In this document: one piece after another, positions 1-10,382 of the stretch
Position numbering within the stretch: the stretch's first letter is position 1
Layout: each line of letters begins with the position of its first letter
Assembly: GCA_965218095.1 (NCBI GenBank)
Contig: OZ244587.1
Coordinates: forward strand, 2,880,001-2,944,000
Length of the DNA: 64,000 nucleotides
Source of the DNA: Candidatus Poribacteria bacterium
GTDB lineage: Bacteria > Poribacteria > WGA-4E > PCPOR2b
Reading direction: 5' to 3'
The notes under the pieces: model-generated
What the model was told of the DNA's origin: nothing
Database searches by the model: none
The model's input: the letters and a program-made list of their open reading frames with translations, nothing else
Translations under genes and position numbers: made by a program

Positions 1-1
1 G

Positions 2-277
2 ATAGAGTTTATCGCTGACGAAGCCAACTTCGTCAACGGTGACTGGAAGAACAGCGGCGTAGCGGGCAAGAAACTGAAAGGTGGGAAGAAACTCGGGAGA
101 GACACGCCGGTTTTCGCCCATAGTTTTAGGGAAACGGATTCGACCTTCAATGGCTCCATTCATCTTGTCCGAGTGTATGACCGGGTGTTGAACACTGACG
201 AGATTGCCGAAAACCTCAGTGTTGAGCCCGCCAACAAACTCACAACCACCTGGGGGCGTGTCAAAACGCAGTATTAG
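2..277 (+). pseudogene. 3' part of a secreted LamG-like protein with KLTTTWGRVK tail, internally deleted (5' end outside window)
   Basis: Manual translation IEFIADEANFVNGDWKN...RDTPVF|AHSFRETDSTFNGSIHLVRVYDR...EPANKLTTTWGRVKTQY* matches both ends of paralog 14668-15540 but lacks its middle ~158 codons. Confidence 0.75.
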
Positions 278-845
278 GTTGTGTTGACAAACTATCTGAA
301 GATTGAGTGGGAGTTAGTTCCGTAGGGTGATGTAGTCAACACCCTCTAATGCCCCCTCAAGGAGGAATAAAGGGGAGTGTTGACCCTTATCCCATACGCA
401 TCAACTTAACGTCCCGATCTATCGGGGCTAATAGCTCAAGTTGTCTCAAGACAACTCAATGCAGTTATAGTCCACTTTCAAGGGAAGAAAACCATCCTTC
501 CTTTCCTTCCGTTCTTCCCTTCCGTTCTTCCTTTTCTTCCGCTCTAATGCCGCGTTTTTATTCAGAAACGGTATAAGTACTTACTTAGAGGTATCGGGAA
601 CATCCATTGAAAACACAGCATGGGTAACAGTGTTTCCGTAGCGAGTGTGATACGCGTTGACAAATCGAGTGGCTGTGACCGATAATTAGTCGTTGGGAAC
701 CTCCGTGGGAATCAGGATTGTTTGTGCCAGAACAACCTTAATTTTCCCATTTTTTTGGAAGTTTCTGACAACGCTGGATTATGCGGTTGATGGCGGCATC
801 TTAACGGCTCAACCGTTCATAGGAGATTAAAACTAGGAGAAACCA

Positions 846-1667
846 ATGACATCTGCTTTATCCAACTATGACCTGGATCTGAAACTTGCCGAGTTGAAGA
901 TCAACGGTTACATTACCTTTGAAGACTTGATACCTGTTGAGACAATCGATCGGATACGTGAAGCTTTTCTGCCATTTTTGGAAACGGTGAGGGCTCACAG
1001 CGACCCCGCAAGCGGCGTAAAGGTACATGGGCACAGCGATGACCGCCTTGTCGTAGAAGGCCGTTTGGGGCAGGTCAATCGTTACACGATGTACGTTCCC
1101 TGGGAGCCGCCGTTTGCCGATCCGGACATTTACGAAAATCCCGCGTTGCTGGCGTTTCTCGACCGGTATTGGGGCAGGAGTGACTATCTGATTACCTGCT
1201 ATCATTCAAACACTCCGTACCCCGGCAGTGAGTACCAGCGGTGGCATCGAGATGGTGGGGTTTCACGCTTAGTTCCGCATGTCGGCTTGGAGATCTGTCC
1301 GCAGTTCGGCGTCAAGTTTCCACTGGTGGATACCTCCGAAGAAAATGGGAGCTTCGAGATATTGCCCGCCACTCAATACCTTGCTGACCCGGAGTTGGAG
1401 GCGCGGTACGACGAGGTTCTGGAGAAGGGTGACTTTCCCACTAGGCGTCGTCTCAACCTGAAGAAAGGAACACTGTGGATTCAGGATCCACGCACGCTCC
1501 ACCGTGGTACGCCCAACGGCTCAGACCACCCCAGGCCGGAGTTGGTGATTTGCTACTCTCTACCCTGGTTCGCATTACGCGTTCCCATCGAAATGACTCA
1601 GGCAGAATTCGACAAACTCTCGGAGCGAGGCAAGCAGATGCTCGCCGGGTGCCGGATCGTCGGATGA
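846..1667 (+). CDS. Phytanoyl-CoA dioxygenase (PhyH) family 2OG/Fe(II) oxygenase
   Basis: NGY start motif, WHRD (HxD) and distal LHRGTPN...R motifs; AGGAG RBS. Confidence 0.9.
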   Translation: MTSALSNYDLDLKLAELKINGYITFEDLIPVETIDRIREAFLPFLETVRAHSDPASGVKVHGHSDDRLVVEGRLGQVNRYTMYVPWEPPFADPDIYENPALLAFLDRYWGRSDYLITCYHSNTPYPGSEYQRWHRDGGVSRLVPHVGLEICPQFGVKFPLVDTSEENGSFEILPATQYLADPELEARYDEVLEKGDFPTRRRLNLKKGTLWIQDPRTLHRGTPNGSDHPRPELVICYSLPWFALRVPIEMTQAEFDKLSERGKQMLAGCRIVG

Positions 1668-1705
1668 AGGCGGCGCCTTACGACTAAAGAGAAGGGCCAT
1701 CCACG

Positions 1706-2308
1706 ATGAACCGCATTGCACCAGAACTCACGGATATCCACCATATCAAACTCAGCTATAGCAAGGACCAGTACGACGGGCATCCCCGTCAGTGCGAAAA
1801 CGATGTAGTGGTGTGGGATTACAACTGCCCCCTGGAGGCGCATCGCGCCCGCTTGTGGAAGACCGACGGACAGGGCGTGGCCCGGGAACAAATCGATCTC
1901 GCCAGTCCGGACGCGGCGATTTACTTCGCCCGCTCGATGATCGGTCGGGCGGGTGACGACGGGAAGCCCACCCAAGAATGTTTTGCCTTCCGCTCTGGGG
2001 ACCGCGGACGGACGTGGGAAACCGTCCCGACACGGGTGTTCCCGCCGCCAGGGCTCAAACATGCGCATGTGGATGGCTATCCGCTGGCGAAGTTCCCCGA
2101 TGGCACGCAGATGGCAGTGGCGTACGTTGGCAGCAGTAGTGACTGAGACCTGGGCTACTCTGTTGCTACGCAACTGAATAATAGGCGCCTCTTCACCGCC
2201 TACTACTTCATGGAGGGCGATGGCAACAACTTCGGTGGGACACGCTACATCGGCGGGAGTTTCTTCCATCTACGCGAGTTTAGGCGTGGAATGTGGATTG
2301 GCGAATGA
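1706..2308 (+). pseudogene. BNR/Asp-box sialidase-like gene with two internal deletions and an in-frame TGA
   Basis: REQIDL, RSGDRGRTW Asp-box and, past TGA 2144-2146, DLGY...RLFTAYYF...RYIGGSFF, collinear with 5770-7035 but about half the length. Confidence 0.75.
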
Positions 2309-2331
2309 GGTGGTAGGACGGAAGTTTTATC

Positions 2332-2360
2332 TTGACAAGTATCCGTTTTGTGTGTAAACT
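2332..2360 (+). promoter_or_regulatory. Sigma70-type promoter
   Basis: TTGACA-17 nt-TAAACT upstream of 2641. Confidence 0.6.
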
Positions 2361-2640
2361 ACTTACTGAACTCATTGCGGGTAGTTTCTTGGAAGTCTAA
2401 TAGAGCGCAGCGAAGAATCTCCTCGTTAAGGTGCAAGCGATCCTTCACTTCGTTCAGCATGGTGGGAGAAGCGCGCGTTTTACTCGCTATAAGTTCACTA
2501 CAAGTAATAAATTCTTCATGCCCCGCATAGGTCTGAAAATTTGTTGAGTGTGTCAATTCTATTTAGGAGATAGAAGGGATATAAGGACGCGAAAGCGTCA
2601 ATGGCGCAGCGTCCAATATCAAAATTAGGAGGATATAATC

Positions 2641-3506
2641 ATGTTACGCGCAATTGCGAGTTTTAGCATCGTAGTTCTCTTTGCAATGACCGTTTCGATC
2701 GCACAAAGTGCCCTCCCGGAACCCTTCCTCTGGCTTGACGCCGCAAACAATCCGGGCGCTGACCAAAATAAATGGGACAACATCGGCACGTCCGGCGGGG
2801 ATATAGGTCCTGGGCAGGATCTTATCTGGGGAGAGCTAATCCGGTTCTCGTAGAGGAAGAGGTCCTGGGTGGTAAATTTAAGGCGTATTACGCCACCAAG
2901 GCCGCAGGACAGTTCTTCGGCGATGATGCTGGCGACGGTCCTCCCTTTCACGTCGAGGACTGGACCTTCGTGATGTGGTTGAGGCAGGATGGCCCAGGCC
3001 ATGGTGGTAATCAGCAACACATTACCGGGTTTTATGATTTCCCCGAGCCAGCCCGTACGCAGTAGCTGTGTTTTCGCTTCGTGCCGCCGGGGACGGGGGG
3101 CATAAACGCCTACATCAGTGGAGGTAAAACCAATAACGCCGAAAGGTTCTCTTTCCTTAGCGGTGTCGATATTGGGAAGAAAAAGTTTCGCTAGGTGGCG
3201 TTCGTCTACAACAATAACGCCGACACTTTCGCAGGCTACATGGATAGTCAGTTGGTCAAAAAGCAAAAGCTCGACAAACCGCAGAACTTTAACAAAGCGA
3301 TAGACATAAGTGTGGCTACGGTCTTTTTAGTTGCCTTTGTCGAGCCTAAGAATCGGAACGCACAGGCCTCAATAGCCATGATCCAGGTATGGGATAGTGC
3401 GCTAGACGCTGCCACGATAGCACGAACCTTCGACGACCCCACGCTATCGGTGCATCCTGGCGGCAAACTCTCAACAACCTGGGGCCGTGTGAAGGCAGGG
3501 TTTTAA
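2641..3506 (+). pseudogene. Secreted LamG-like protein with KLSTTWGRVK tail; frameshift plus two TAG stops
   Basis: Signal peptide; frameshift in G-run ~2828-2831; TAG at 3063 and 3192 in one continuous frame; FHVEDWT, VAFVYNN, IQVWDSAL match paralog 14668-15540. Confidence 0.8.
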
Positions 3507-4028
3507 CCTTTGGCCCTAATGCAGATGAACACAACGCTTGACAAAATCAGCATTCATGCGGGTTTCAGTAGGGCACGGTAGGTATGCCATGCCCTTTTTT
3601 ATTTTCTTCTCAGCTCTGCACGGATGCTTGATGAGCCTGTCTGTGTGCGGATACGCCGGGCAGGCACAGGCAGCAGACACGCACAGACCGGTTAGGCAAA
3701 AGTACAAAGTCAGGATTTCAGCGCATTGCTCCCATTGAAGAGACAAAATTACCTGCGTATTGGGTATTGCGTCAGACGTGATGCGTGAATGAACTCATTT
3801 CCTTTCTTCCCCTTTCCTCATTTTCCCATTCCCTTGTCTCCACGCCCTATACTCCCAAAGGTCACAGATATAATTTTGAGGTATCGACGAAAAGTGTAGT
3901 TTATGCCCTTGCCAGGTGTAATACCATTTGTAGTTTGAAATGAGACGATTCAGACTCGTAGCCGAATTCGTGAGAATTTGGTCAAGTCCGCTGATTACCA
4001 ATTTCCGCGACCAAGCGAAGAAGGCACT

Positions 4029-4410
4029 ATGGCAACGTATCCATCCAGAAGAAGACTGGGCGTGCGAAAAGTTCAAGTGCGGGACGTAGAGCACATCCGC
4101 GTCCACTACGATCCGAACCTCTACCTGTATGCCCCCAACTACGGCGGCATCTGGAACTTTGGCGACGGTGAGATTGCAGTGGCCTACCTGGTGGGGCCAG
4201 TGGATTACCAGGCCCCGCCCGTCCCTGTCCCGACGGGCCGTCACGCCCACCCGACCAACGAGCGCGGGGCAAAGGCCGGCGGCGTGATGCCCAGTCGCTC
4301 GTTGGACTACAGGCAGACCTAGCCCGACAGTGAGCGCACCTGGATCTGGAATAACGACCGGGCTCAAGATAAGATTCTAGACTGGTTACGCCCGGTCAAC
4401 CCCGATATGA
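4029..4410 (+). pseudogene. Truncated BNR/sialidase-like paralog
   Basis: GGIWNFGDGEI...SRSLDYRQT*PDSERTWIWNND...WLRPV aligns to N-terminus of 5770-7035; TAG 4320 at the Asp-box Trp; homology stops ~4410. Confidence 0.8.
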
Positions 4411-4464
4411 GCCTGCGAATTGATTCGCAGGCTCAAAACACTTTAATGACACCAAAGGAGATGT

Positions 4465-5421
4465 TTGTCAATGAAAGGGTTCGACTTGTTCCATCCCAAA
4501 ATTGCGCCCAAAGGCGTTGCGACACTCCTCAAGACGCCACTGCTCGACGACGGTCGGCTTGACAAGACTTCCTTCGTTCGTCAAACCAAGCATGTCGTCG
4601 ACGTTGGTACATGCCTTGCCATTACAGGCATGGTTGGCAGCGAAACCTATGCGCTCTCCGACGCTGAGCGTGTTCGTTGCTTAGAGCTCACGCTTGACAT
4701 CTGTGAGGGCCATGTCCCCGTGTGCGCCGCCGTTGTGGGCGTGTCGGTGCACGAGGTGGTTGCCGCAGCCGAGCGCGCCGCGGAAATGGGTGCAGATCTG
4801 ATCGCAGTTGTACCACCGCCTTGGACAATCAACGAAGCTGACATCGCGATTTGCGTCAAGGCGGTGGCGAGCGCTATTTCGCGCCCCATCATGGTGCACT
4901 CACTCGGTGGTGCGGGCGTGACATGGTCCGTTGAGGGCCTGGCGAAGCTTCCCATGGAAGCGCCAAACGTTCTTTACCTGAAAGAGGAGTCTGAATTTGC
5001 CTGGCGACGTGTCAGTCAGCTTCTCGAACAGCCCGGCGGGGAAGCCTACCGGCGCATCATGGTGGGGCCGCCGCTCGTGCTGGGCTATCTGGCCGGTGCG
5101 CGCCTGTTCATGTCGGCGGCGGATTTGATTGAAGGGTTCATCGCGGTTTTCGACGCCCTTGAGGCCGGTAATCTCGCGGAGGCGCGGCGTATCGACGCCC
5201 TCATTGGCTCGATCACGTTCTTCAAGCGATACATGCGCGGCGAATCCAGCAACAAGCTCATCATGCACCGGCGCGGGCTGTTCGCTTCACCCCTGAGAGC
5301 CTCGCCATCAGTGACAGGCGGGCTCAAAGATTTCACGCCGGGTGAGGAGGACGAGCTCACGGAATTGCTGCGTCCTCTCCTCCCCTACTTCGCCAAGTCC
5401 CCACCGAAGCCGCCGGCATAA
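4465..5421 (+). CDS. Dihydrodipicolinate synthase/N-acetylneuraminate lyase (DapA-like) family protein
   Basis: TP...DG.LD, GxxSE...LS..ER, GAD...VVPP, YLKEE Schiff-base Lys region; start may be ATG 4471. Confidence 0.85.
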   Translation: MSMKGFDLFHPKIAPKGVATLLKTPLLDDGRLDKTSFVRQTKHVVDVGTCLAITGMVGSETYALSDAERVRCLELTLDICEGHVPVCAAVVGVSVHEVVAAAERAAEMGADLIAVVPPPWTINEADIAICVKAVASAISRPIMVHSLGGAGVTWSVEGLAKLPMEAPNVLYLKEESEFAWRRVSQLLEQPGGEAYRRIMVGPPLVLGYLAGARLFMSAADLIEGFIAVFDALEAGNLAEARRIDALIGSITFFKRYMRGESSNKLIMHRRGLFASPLRASPSVTGGLKDFTPGEEDELTELLRPLLPYFAKSPPKPPA

Positions 5422-5483
5422 CTGCCTGATAAATACCTGACCATATTGCTTGATTGCAAATTTCTAAGTTAAAGAGAAAGTTG

Positions 5484-5513
5484 TTGACGGATGGTAAGGA
5501 CTTTTGCTAAACT
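5484..5513 (+). promoter_or_regulatory. Sigma70-type promoter
   Basis: TTGACG-18 nt-TAAACT with extended -10 TG. Confidence 0.45.
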
Positions 5514-5769
5514 AACGTGAGTTCGATAGTGCGCTCTGGAGGAGCTACACATGGACGCGAGTGTGTGAGGCTTCTTAGTCCCTCGCTTCCCTGTGCTCGT
5601 CCGATCCCATCGGACTTACGCAGAATTCTTCCGTCAGGCACTTCCGCCGACGTGTACTAGGGCTTCACGGCAGAAGTTTCTAGCCAGTAGGTTGGGATCC
5701 GATCACACAAACCTCCCAATAATTCCCACGCATTTCTGTCTGAAGCGTGCCAAACGAAAGGAAAAAACA

Positions 5770-7035
5770 ATGTCCGAGAAACAGATTATCAAATCGAGAA
5801 GAAGCGTCGGCATCAAACAGGTACAGGTGCAAGACGTGCATCACGTTCGCGTCTTCTACGATGAGAATATGTACGCCGGCCACACTAACCGGGGGGGCAT
5901 CTGGAACTTCGGGGATGGCGAGATTACGGTGGCGCATCTGCTCAAGCCCTGCAAATACGAGACAGACAGCGATGTTGGTCACTACTATTCAATGCCTGAG
6001 GGCGGCGTGATGCTCAACCGCTCATTCGACAATGGGGAAACGTGGCCCAAAAGTGAGAGGAACTGGATCTGGAACAACGATCAATCTACATATGATCTGA
6101 CAGAGTGGCTGCGGCCGGTCGACGCCGAGCAGCGCGAGCAGATCGACCTGTCTGCTCCGGATTCGATGATGCACTTCTGTTATACGCACTACTGTCGTGG
6201 CGGATATGGGGCACCCTGGCCATGGACGGGGTTTTGCGTGCGAAGCAAAGACCGCGGCCGCACCTGGGAGAAAAAGCCCACGCGGATCGAGGGTCCCGGC
6301 GGGGCGATGGGTCTCGGTATTCTCATCGTCAACCTAGGCCATGTCCGGTTTGACAACGGTGTGCTAGGCGTCGTCGGGACCGCATACGCTGACGACGGTG
6401 TTCGCCACACATGTTTCTACGTGAGCTACGACAACGGTCTGTCGTGGGAGTTTCTCAGCAGAATTATCGCCTCTGAGGAGGGACGGGATGCCGGTGGCGA
6501 CGAGCGAGGCCGCTACACCTACACAGGACTACATCTACTTCCGGACGGGAGGCTGTTCTGCTGTATGCACAGGATTCCTGGGAACCTACCATGCATCACG
6601 TACTCCGAAGATAGTGGGACGACCTGGTCACCACCGCGATTCATTGTTGGCCCCGAATCCTACTCGATTCCCGTAACTGCACCAAAAGCCGACTACCCAT
6701 CGGACATCCCCGGCCGCGTCCGTTATCGGTCGCCCTGCGCCCTTGTCCTCCGCGACGGACGAATCGTCGTCCTCTTTGCCAGGCGCGCGATGCCCGCCAA
6801 AGGCGGCAACGGCATTCTCGGTGTGGTCAGCGACGACCTGGGCGAAACCTGGAGCAAAGAGTTTGTGATCCGGGGCGATGACTACACTGGAGATTGCGGC
6901 TACCCGGTGCTCACCGAATTGGACGACAGCAGAATCTTCACGGCTTACTATTTCACAGAAAAGCAGAGCGATCAGCCGGAGCCCTTTGCTACCGCTGTGC
7001 GTCACATCGCCGGCACATTTTTCAAACTGGATTAG
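5770..7035 (+). CDS. BNR/Asp-box (sialidase-like) beta-propeller protein
   Basis: Five Asp-boxes (SFDNGETW, SKDRGRTW, SYDNGLSW, SEDSGTTW, SDDLGETW) and DCGYP; start moved to ATG 5770 from RBS and paralog. Confidence 0.88.
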   Translation: MSEKQIIKSRRSVGIKQVQVQDVHHVRVFYDENMYAGHTNRGGIWNFGDGEITVAHLLKPCKYETDSDVGHYYSMPEGGVMLNRSFDNGETWPKSERNWIWNNDQSTYDLTEWLRPVDAEQREQIDLSAPDSMMHFCYTHYCRGGYGAPWPWTGFCVRSKDRGRTWEKKPTRIEGPGGAMGLGILIVNLGHVRFDNGVLGVVGTAYADDGVRHTCFYVSYDNGLSWEFLSRIIASEEGRDAGGDERGRYTYTGLHLLPDGRLFCCMHRIPGNLPCITYSEDSGTTWSPPRFIVGPESYSIPVTAPKADYPSDIPGRVRYRSPCALVLRDGRIVVLFARRAMPAKGGNGILGVVSDDLGETWSKEFVIRGDDYTGDCGYPVLTELDDSRIFTAYYFTEKQSDQPEPFATAVRHIAGTFFKLD

Positions 7036-7040
7036 GGTGG

Positions 7041-7110
7041 GTTGGAAGGAAAGGAAGGATGGAAGAAAGGGAAGAATGACCTTTTCCTCCTTCCTTTCTT
7101 CCATCCTTCC
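7041..7110. repeat. Purine/pyrimidine ~8-mer repeats forming an imperfect inverted repeat
   Basis: GGAAGGAAAGGAAGGATGGAAGAAAGGGAAG ... CTTTTCCTCCTTCCTTTCTTCCATCCTTCC directly after a stop codon. Confidence 0.6.
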
Positions 7111-7194
7111 GTTTCGGATCAACCCACCATTTCAAACCCACAGGTATATAAGTGAAAAACTCATAAGAGGAAACTTTCCTTTTGAGGAGGAGTC

Positions 7195-7992
7195 ATGACA
7201 ATCGATGAGATATTGCTGCATTTGGATATAGATGGCTGGTATGTAGTCGAAGGGGTCATCCCTGAAGATGAAGTAGATGCGATACGCGAAAGCGTAGAAG
7301 CCGCGACAGTATCGAAGGGCCAAAGTCGAACATATACAGGGGTGGTTAGTGCGCGAGGCATCCTTGAATCCATCCTACCCTTCATGCATTACGTGAATGA
7401 CGAGCGCATATTAGGCGTGGCGGAGACCTGGTTCGGTCCCCATGTGCGGAGTTCTTTTACCAACTCCATCATCAACATGCCAGGAAATGAGCGGGGCGGC
7501 TGGCACGCGGACTGGCCGTTCAATCAAGAGAAAGCAGGGTGCATTCCCGCGCCCTATCCCGACGCGGTTATGCAGCTCTCAACGTTGTGGATGCTCTCGC
7601 CGTTCTCTGATGAAACGGGCGGCACACTCATCGTCCCCGGAAGCCACCGGACGACCAATAATCCGACGGGCGCCATGGGCGTGGATCGCTTTCAACCTTA
7701 CCGAACCGAAATGCAGGTCACAGGTAGCCCGGGCAGCGTACTATTGTTTGACAGCCGCCTGTGGCATTCGACCGCAGCCAATCACAGTGACAAGCCGCGG
7801 TTTGCGATGGTGGTGCGCTATGCGCCGTGGTGGCTCAATCTGGACGTGCTGATGCCGGGCTCGGAGGAACGCATCCGCATGGTGGACGAGACGGGCAAGT
7901 TAGAAAACGAGGTCCCACCAGTCCCGAGGCACGTTTATGAGGCGCTCCCGGACGATGTGCAGCCGCTGTATCGGCACTGGGTCAGGGGGTAA
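7195..7992 (+). CDS. PhyH family dioxygenase
   Basis: DGWYVVEGV, WHAD, GGT..VPGSH, FDSRLWH..AAN motifs; GAGGAG RBS. Confidence 0.92.
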   Translation: MTIDEILLHLDIDGWYVVEGVIPEDEVDAIRESVEAATVSKGQSRTYTGVVSARGILESILPFMHYVNDERILGVAETWFGPHVRSSFTNSIINMPGNERGGWHADWPFNQEKAGCIPAPYPDAVMQLSTLWMLSPFSDETGGTLIVPGSHRTTNNPTGAMGVDRFQPYRTEMQVTGSPGSVLLFDSRLWHSTAANHSDKPRFAMVVRYAPWWLNLDVLMPGSEERIRMVDETGKLENEVPPVPRHVYEALPDDVQPLYRHWVRG

Positions 7993-8038
7993 GGTTGTGA
8001 GCATTCTCTCAACGCTTTAGTGATCGTACACAACGTAG

Positions 8039-9958
8039 GTGGGAAGACCATTGGATAAAAATCAACGGGGAGAGGGTTCCTTTACAACGATAAAGCTCAT
8101 CTTTTTCGCCCTGGTAGTGATACCACTGAACACCCTCTGGGTGATACACACGGGTTATATCGGATACGGAATCAATTTCACCCGTTTCTCGTTTTTCATG
8201 AACGTGGTCTCAATCATCTTCGTCCTGTGCTTTCTGAATGTCCTCCTGAAGCGGTTTCTCCCTTCGGTTGCCCTGACCAAGACGGAGATGCTGCTCCTGT
8301 ATGCGATGTTAACCATCTCAACTGGACTCGCCGGCCATGACCTGCTTCAACACCTCTATCCTGGGCTGGGGCATGCCTTCTATTACGCGACGCCGGAGAA
8401 CGAGTGGAAAGTTTTTCACCCCTACATCCCCAGATGGCTCGTGGTCAGCGATATGTTCGTCCTCGATGGATATTACACGGGTGAAAGCACCCTCTATATT
8501 CAGAGGTATATCAGGGCGTGGCTCATCCCGTCGATTGTATGGGCGATAGCGACCATAGCGGCAGTGTTATTCATGCTCTGCACAACGGTTCTGGTGCGTC
8601 GTCAATGGATAGAGCATGAGCGGCTCTCCTACCCGCTGACACAAATCCCTCTGGAGATGATAGACAAAGGCGCGGGGCTTTTCAAGAGCAAGCTTTTATG
8701 GATCGGATTTGCCCTCGCCGCCGGGAGGACCTTGATAAACGGCCTTCACTATCTCTACCCGAATGTACCGGGCATCCTCGTTGAGGGGTTCTCGCTGCGT
8801 CTATACTTCACGACCCGTCCATGGGACGCCCTTGGCGGGGTTAGCGGAGCTTTTCATCCCTTTGTGATTGGTTTAGCTTATTTCATGCCGCTTGAGATGT
8901 CCTTCTCCATGTGGTTTTTCTACTGGATTTGGCGTTTTGAGCGGGTACTGGGAAGCGTCATCGGGGTGAGGGCATTGCGGGGATTTCCGTTCGAATGGCA
9001 ACAGGCCGTCGGCATTGGCGCTGCCATCCTGCTTTTTTCCCTCTGGATGTATCGGTTTCAGGCGTTGAAGATCTTAAGAAGCTTTTTCGGTCACACCGAG
9101 GGAGACGCCGCTGAGTTGAAGGGGTACAAATGGGCATTTTTAGGGCTTCTCCTGAGCTTCGGTTATCTGGTGGGGTTTATTACCTATGTGGGGATGAAAG
9201 TCTGGGTGGCTGCGATATTCTTCCTGATTTACTTTTCCATTTCGATGGTTATCACGCGCATCCGAGCGGAGGTCGGCTATCCGATGCATGAAGGCACCGA
9301 GACAGCGAGTATCGTGGTGACGATTCTGGGAACTCGCCCGATTGGCCCCAAGAGTTTGACGCTGTTTCCCTTTCTCTATTTTCTGACCACTGCTCACCGG
9401 AGCAGTCCACACCCTTATCAACTGGAGACGTTTAAGATGGCCGAGCGGATGCGGCTCAAGATAGATAGGGTGTTGATTTGGGGGATGGTTCTGGCGATTA
9501 TCATCGGCACGTTTGCCGCGTGCTGGGCGGTACTCCATTCTTCATATCAGATAAAAGGAGGCCCCCATGCCGGCACCGACCAATGGGCAATGTTCAATCG
9601 GCTGACGAACCGGCTTCTCTACCCCCAGCCTTCGGATGTCCCTTCCCTAATTGCAATAGGGTTTGGCGCCTTTATCGGATTCTTTTTACTTTTGATGCAC
9701 CGCGTCTTTATCTGGTGGCCGTTCCACCCGATGGGATATCTTCTCGGTGGGCCCTGGCCGTCGTCTGGAATCCTCTGGTTTTCGATATTCATAAGCTGGC
9801 TCTTAAAATGGATTATCTTGAAATTTGGTGGGTTAGCCCTTTATCGCAGGGCAAGCGTATTTTTCATCGGTCTTGTTCTGGGAGATTTCGTCATGGTGAG
9901 TTTCTGGGGCTTGTTGGGAACAATTCTCGGCAGAAATCTGTTTCGTCGGTTTATCTGA
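8039..9958 (+). CDS. Polytopic membrane protein, DUF6785/DUF6784 type (putative transporter)
   Basis: Many TM helices; ATPENEW, RRQWIEHERLSYPL, RIRAEVG, WWPFHPMGY motifs recalled for this family. Confidence 0.75.
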   Translation: MGRPLDKNQRGEGSFTTIKLIFFALVVIPLNTLWVIHTGYIGYGINFTRFSFFMNVVSIIFVLCFLNVLLKRFLPSVALTKTEMLLLYAMLTISTGLAGHDLLQHLYPGLGHAFYYATPENEWKVFHPYIPRWLVVSDMFVLDGYYTGESTLYIQRYIRAWLIPSIVWAIATIAAVLFMLCTTVLVRRQWIEHERLSYPLTQIPLEMIDKGAGLFKSKLLWIGFALAAGRTLINGLHYLYPNVPGILVEGFSLRLYFTTRPWDALGGVSGAFHPFVIGLAYFMPLEMSFSMWFFYWIWRFERVLGSVIGVRALRGFPFEWQQAVGIGAAILLFSLWMYRFQALKILRSFFGHTEGDAAELKGYKWAFLGLLLSFGYLVGFITYVGMKVWVAAIFFLIYFSISMVITRIRAEVGYPMHEGTETASIVVTILGTRPIGPKSLTLFPFLYFLTTAHRSSPHPYQLETFKMAERMRLKIDRVLIWGMVLAIIIGTFAACWAVLHSSYQIKGGPHAGTDQWAMFNRLTNRLLYPQPSDVPSLIAIGFGAFIGFFLLLMHRVFIWWPFHPMGYLLGGPWPSSGILWFSIFISWLLKWIILKFGGLALYRRASVFFIGLVLGDFVMVSFWGLLGTILGRNLFRRFI

Positions 9959-10184
9959 TAAGAAGGAAGAAAAGGAAAGAAGCTGCTCCTATCCTTCCAC
10001 TGTTTCCGCTCCTATACACACCGTTTGACGAGTTCGCGATAGTCGCTTTTCAACAACTGAAGTCGTCACTACAAAAGTAACAAGGTACTAATGGTTCATT
10101 TTTGAGTCCATATAGGGTTGGTAGACCTGACAGGTCTTGGCTAATAAACCCTATACGATTTTATGAGACCACCAAGATAAGTCT

Positions 10185-10289
10185 ATGACTAACGAAAAGG
10201 TTATCATCACAAAGGGCGATATCATTTCATCCTTACAACAACTCGACATCAACACCGGCGATTGCGTCATGGCCCATTCCTCGAAATGA
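10185..10289 (+). pseudogene. N-terminal relic of an AAC(3)-family N-acetyltransferase
   Basis: MTNEKVIITKGDIISSLQQLDINTGDCVMAHSSK* resembles the T..DI...L..LGI..GD.V.VHSS start of the family. Confidence 0.55.
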
Positions 10290-10382
10290 CACTGATGCTA
10301 GTGGGGGAAAACGAGACGTATGGGCTCGGCTGTGAATTCATCCTCGAAAAGTGAACCCATAACCAACGAAAGGAGTTTATTG

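Noticed and set aside
2144-2146. In-frame TGA as selenocysteine (also TGA 54651)
   Set aside because: Not at Cys positions, no clear SECIS, and both genes have other lesions; likely Trp or Gly codon mutations
2359-2556. Minus-strand ORF whose end resembles ribosomal protein S6 (EVKDRLHLNEEILR)
   Set aside because: The rest lacks S6 motifs and it overlaps a strong + strand promoter; likely chance
4318-4322. Dcm (CCWGG) deamination as the general cause of the TAG codons
   Set aside because: Fits 4320 (CCTAG) but not the contexts at 3063, 15142 or 15832
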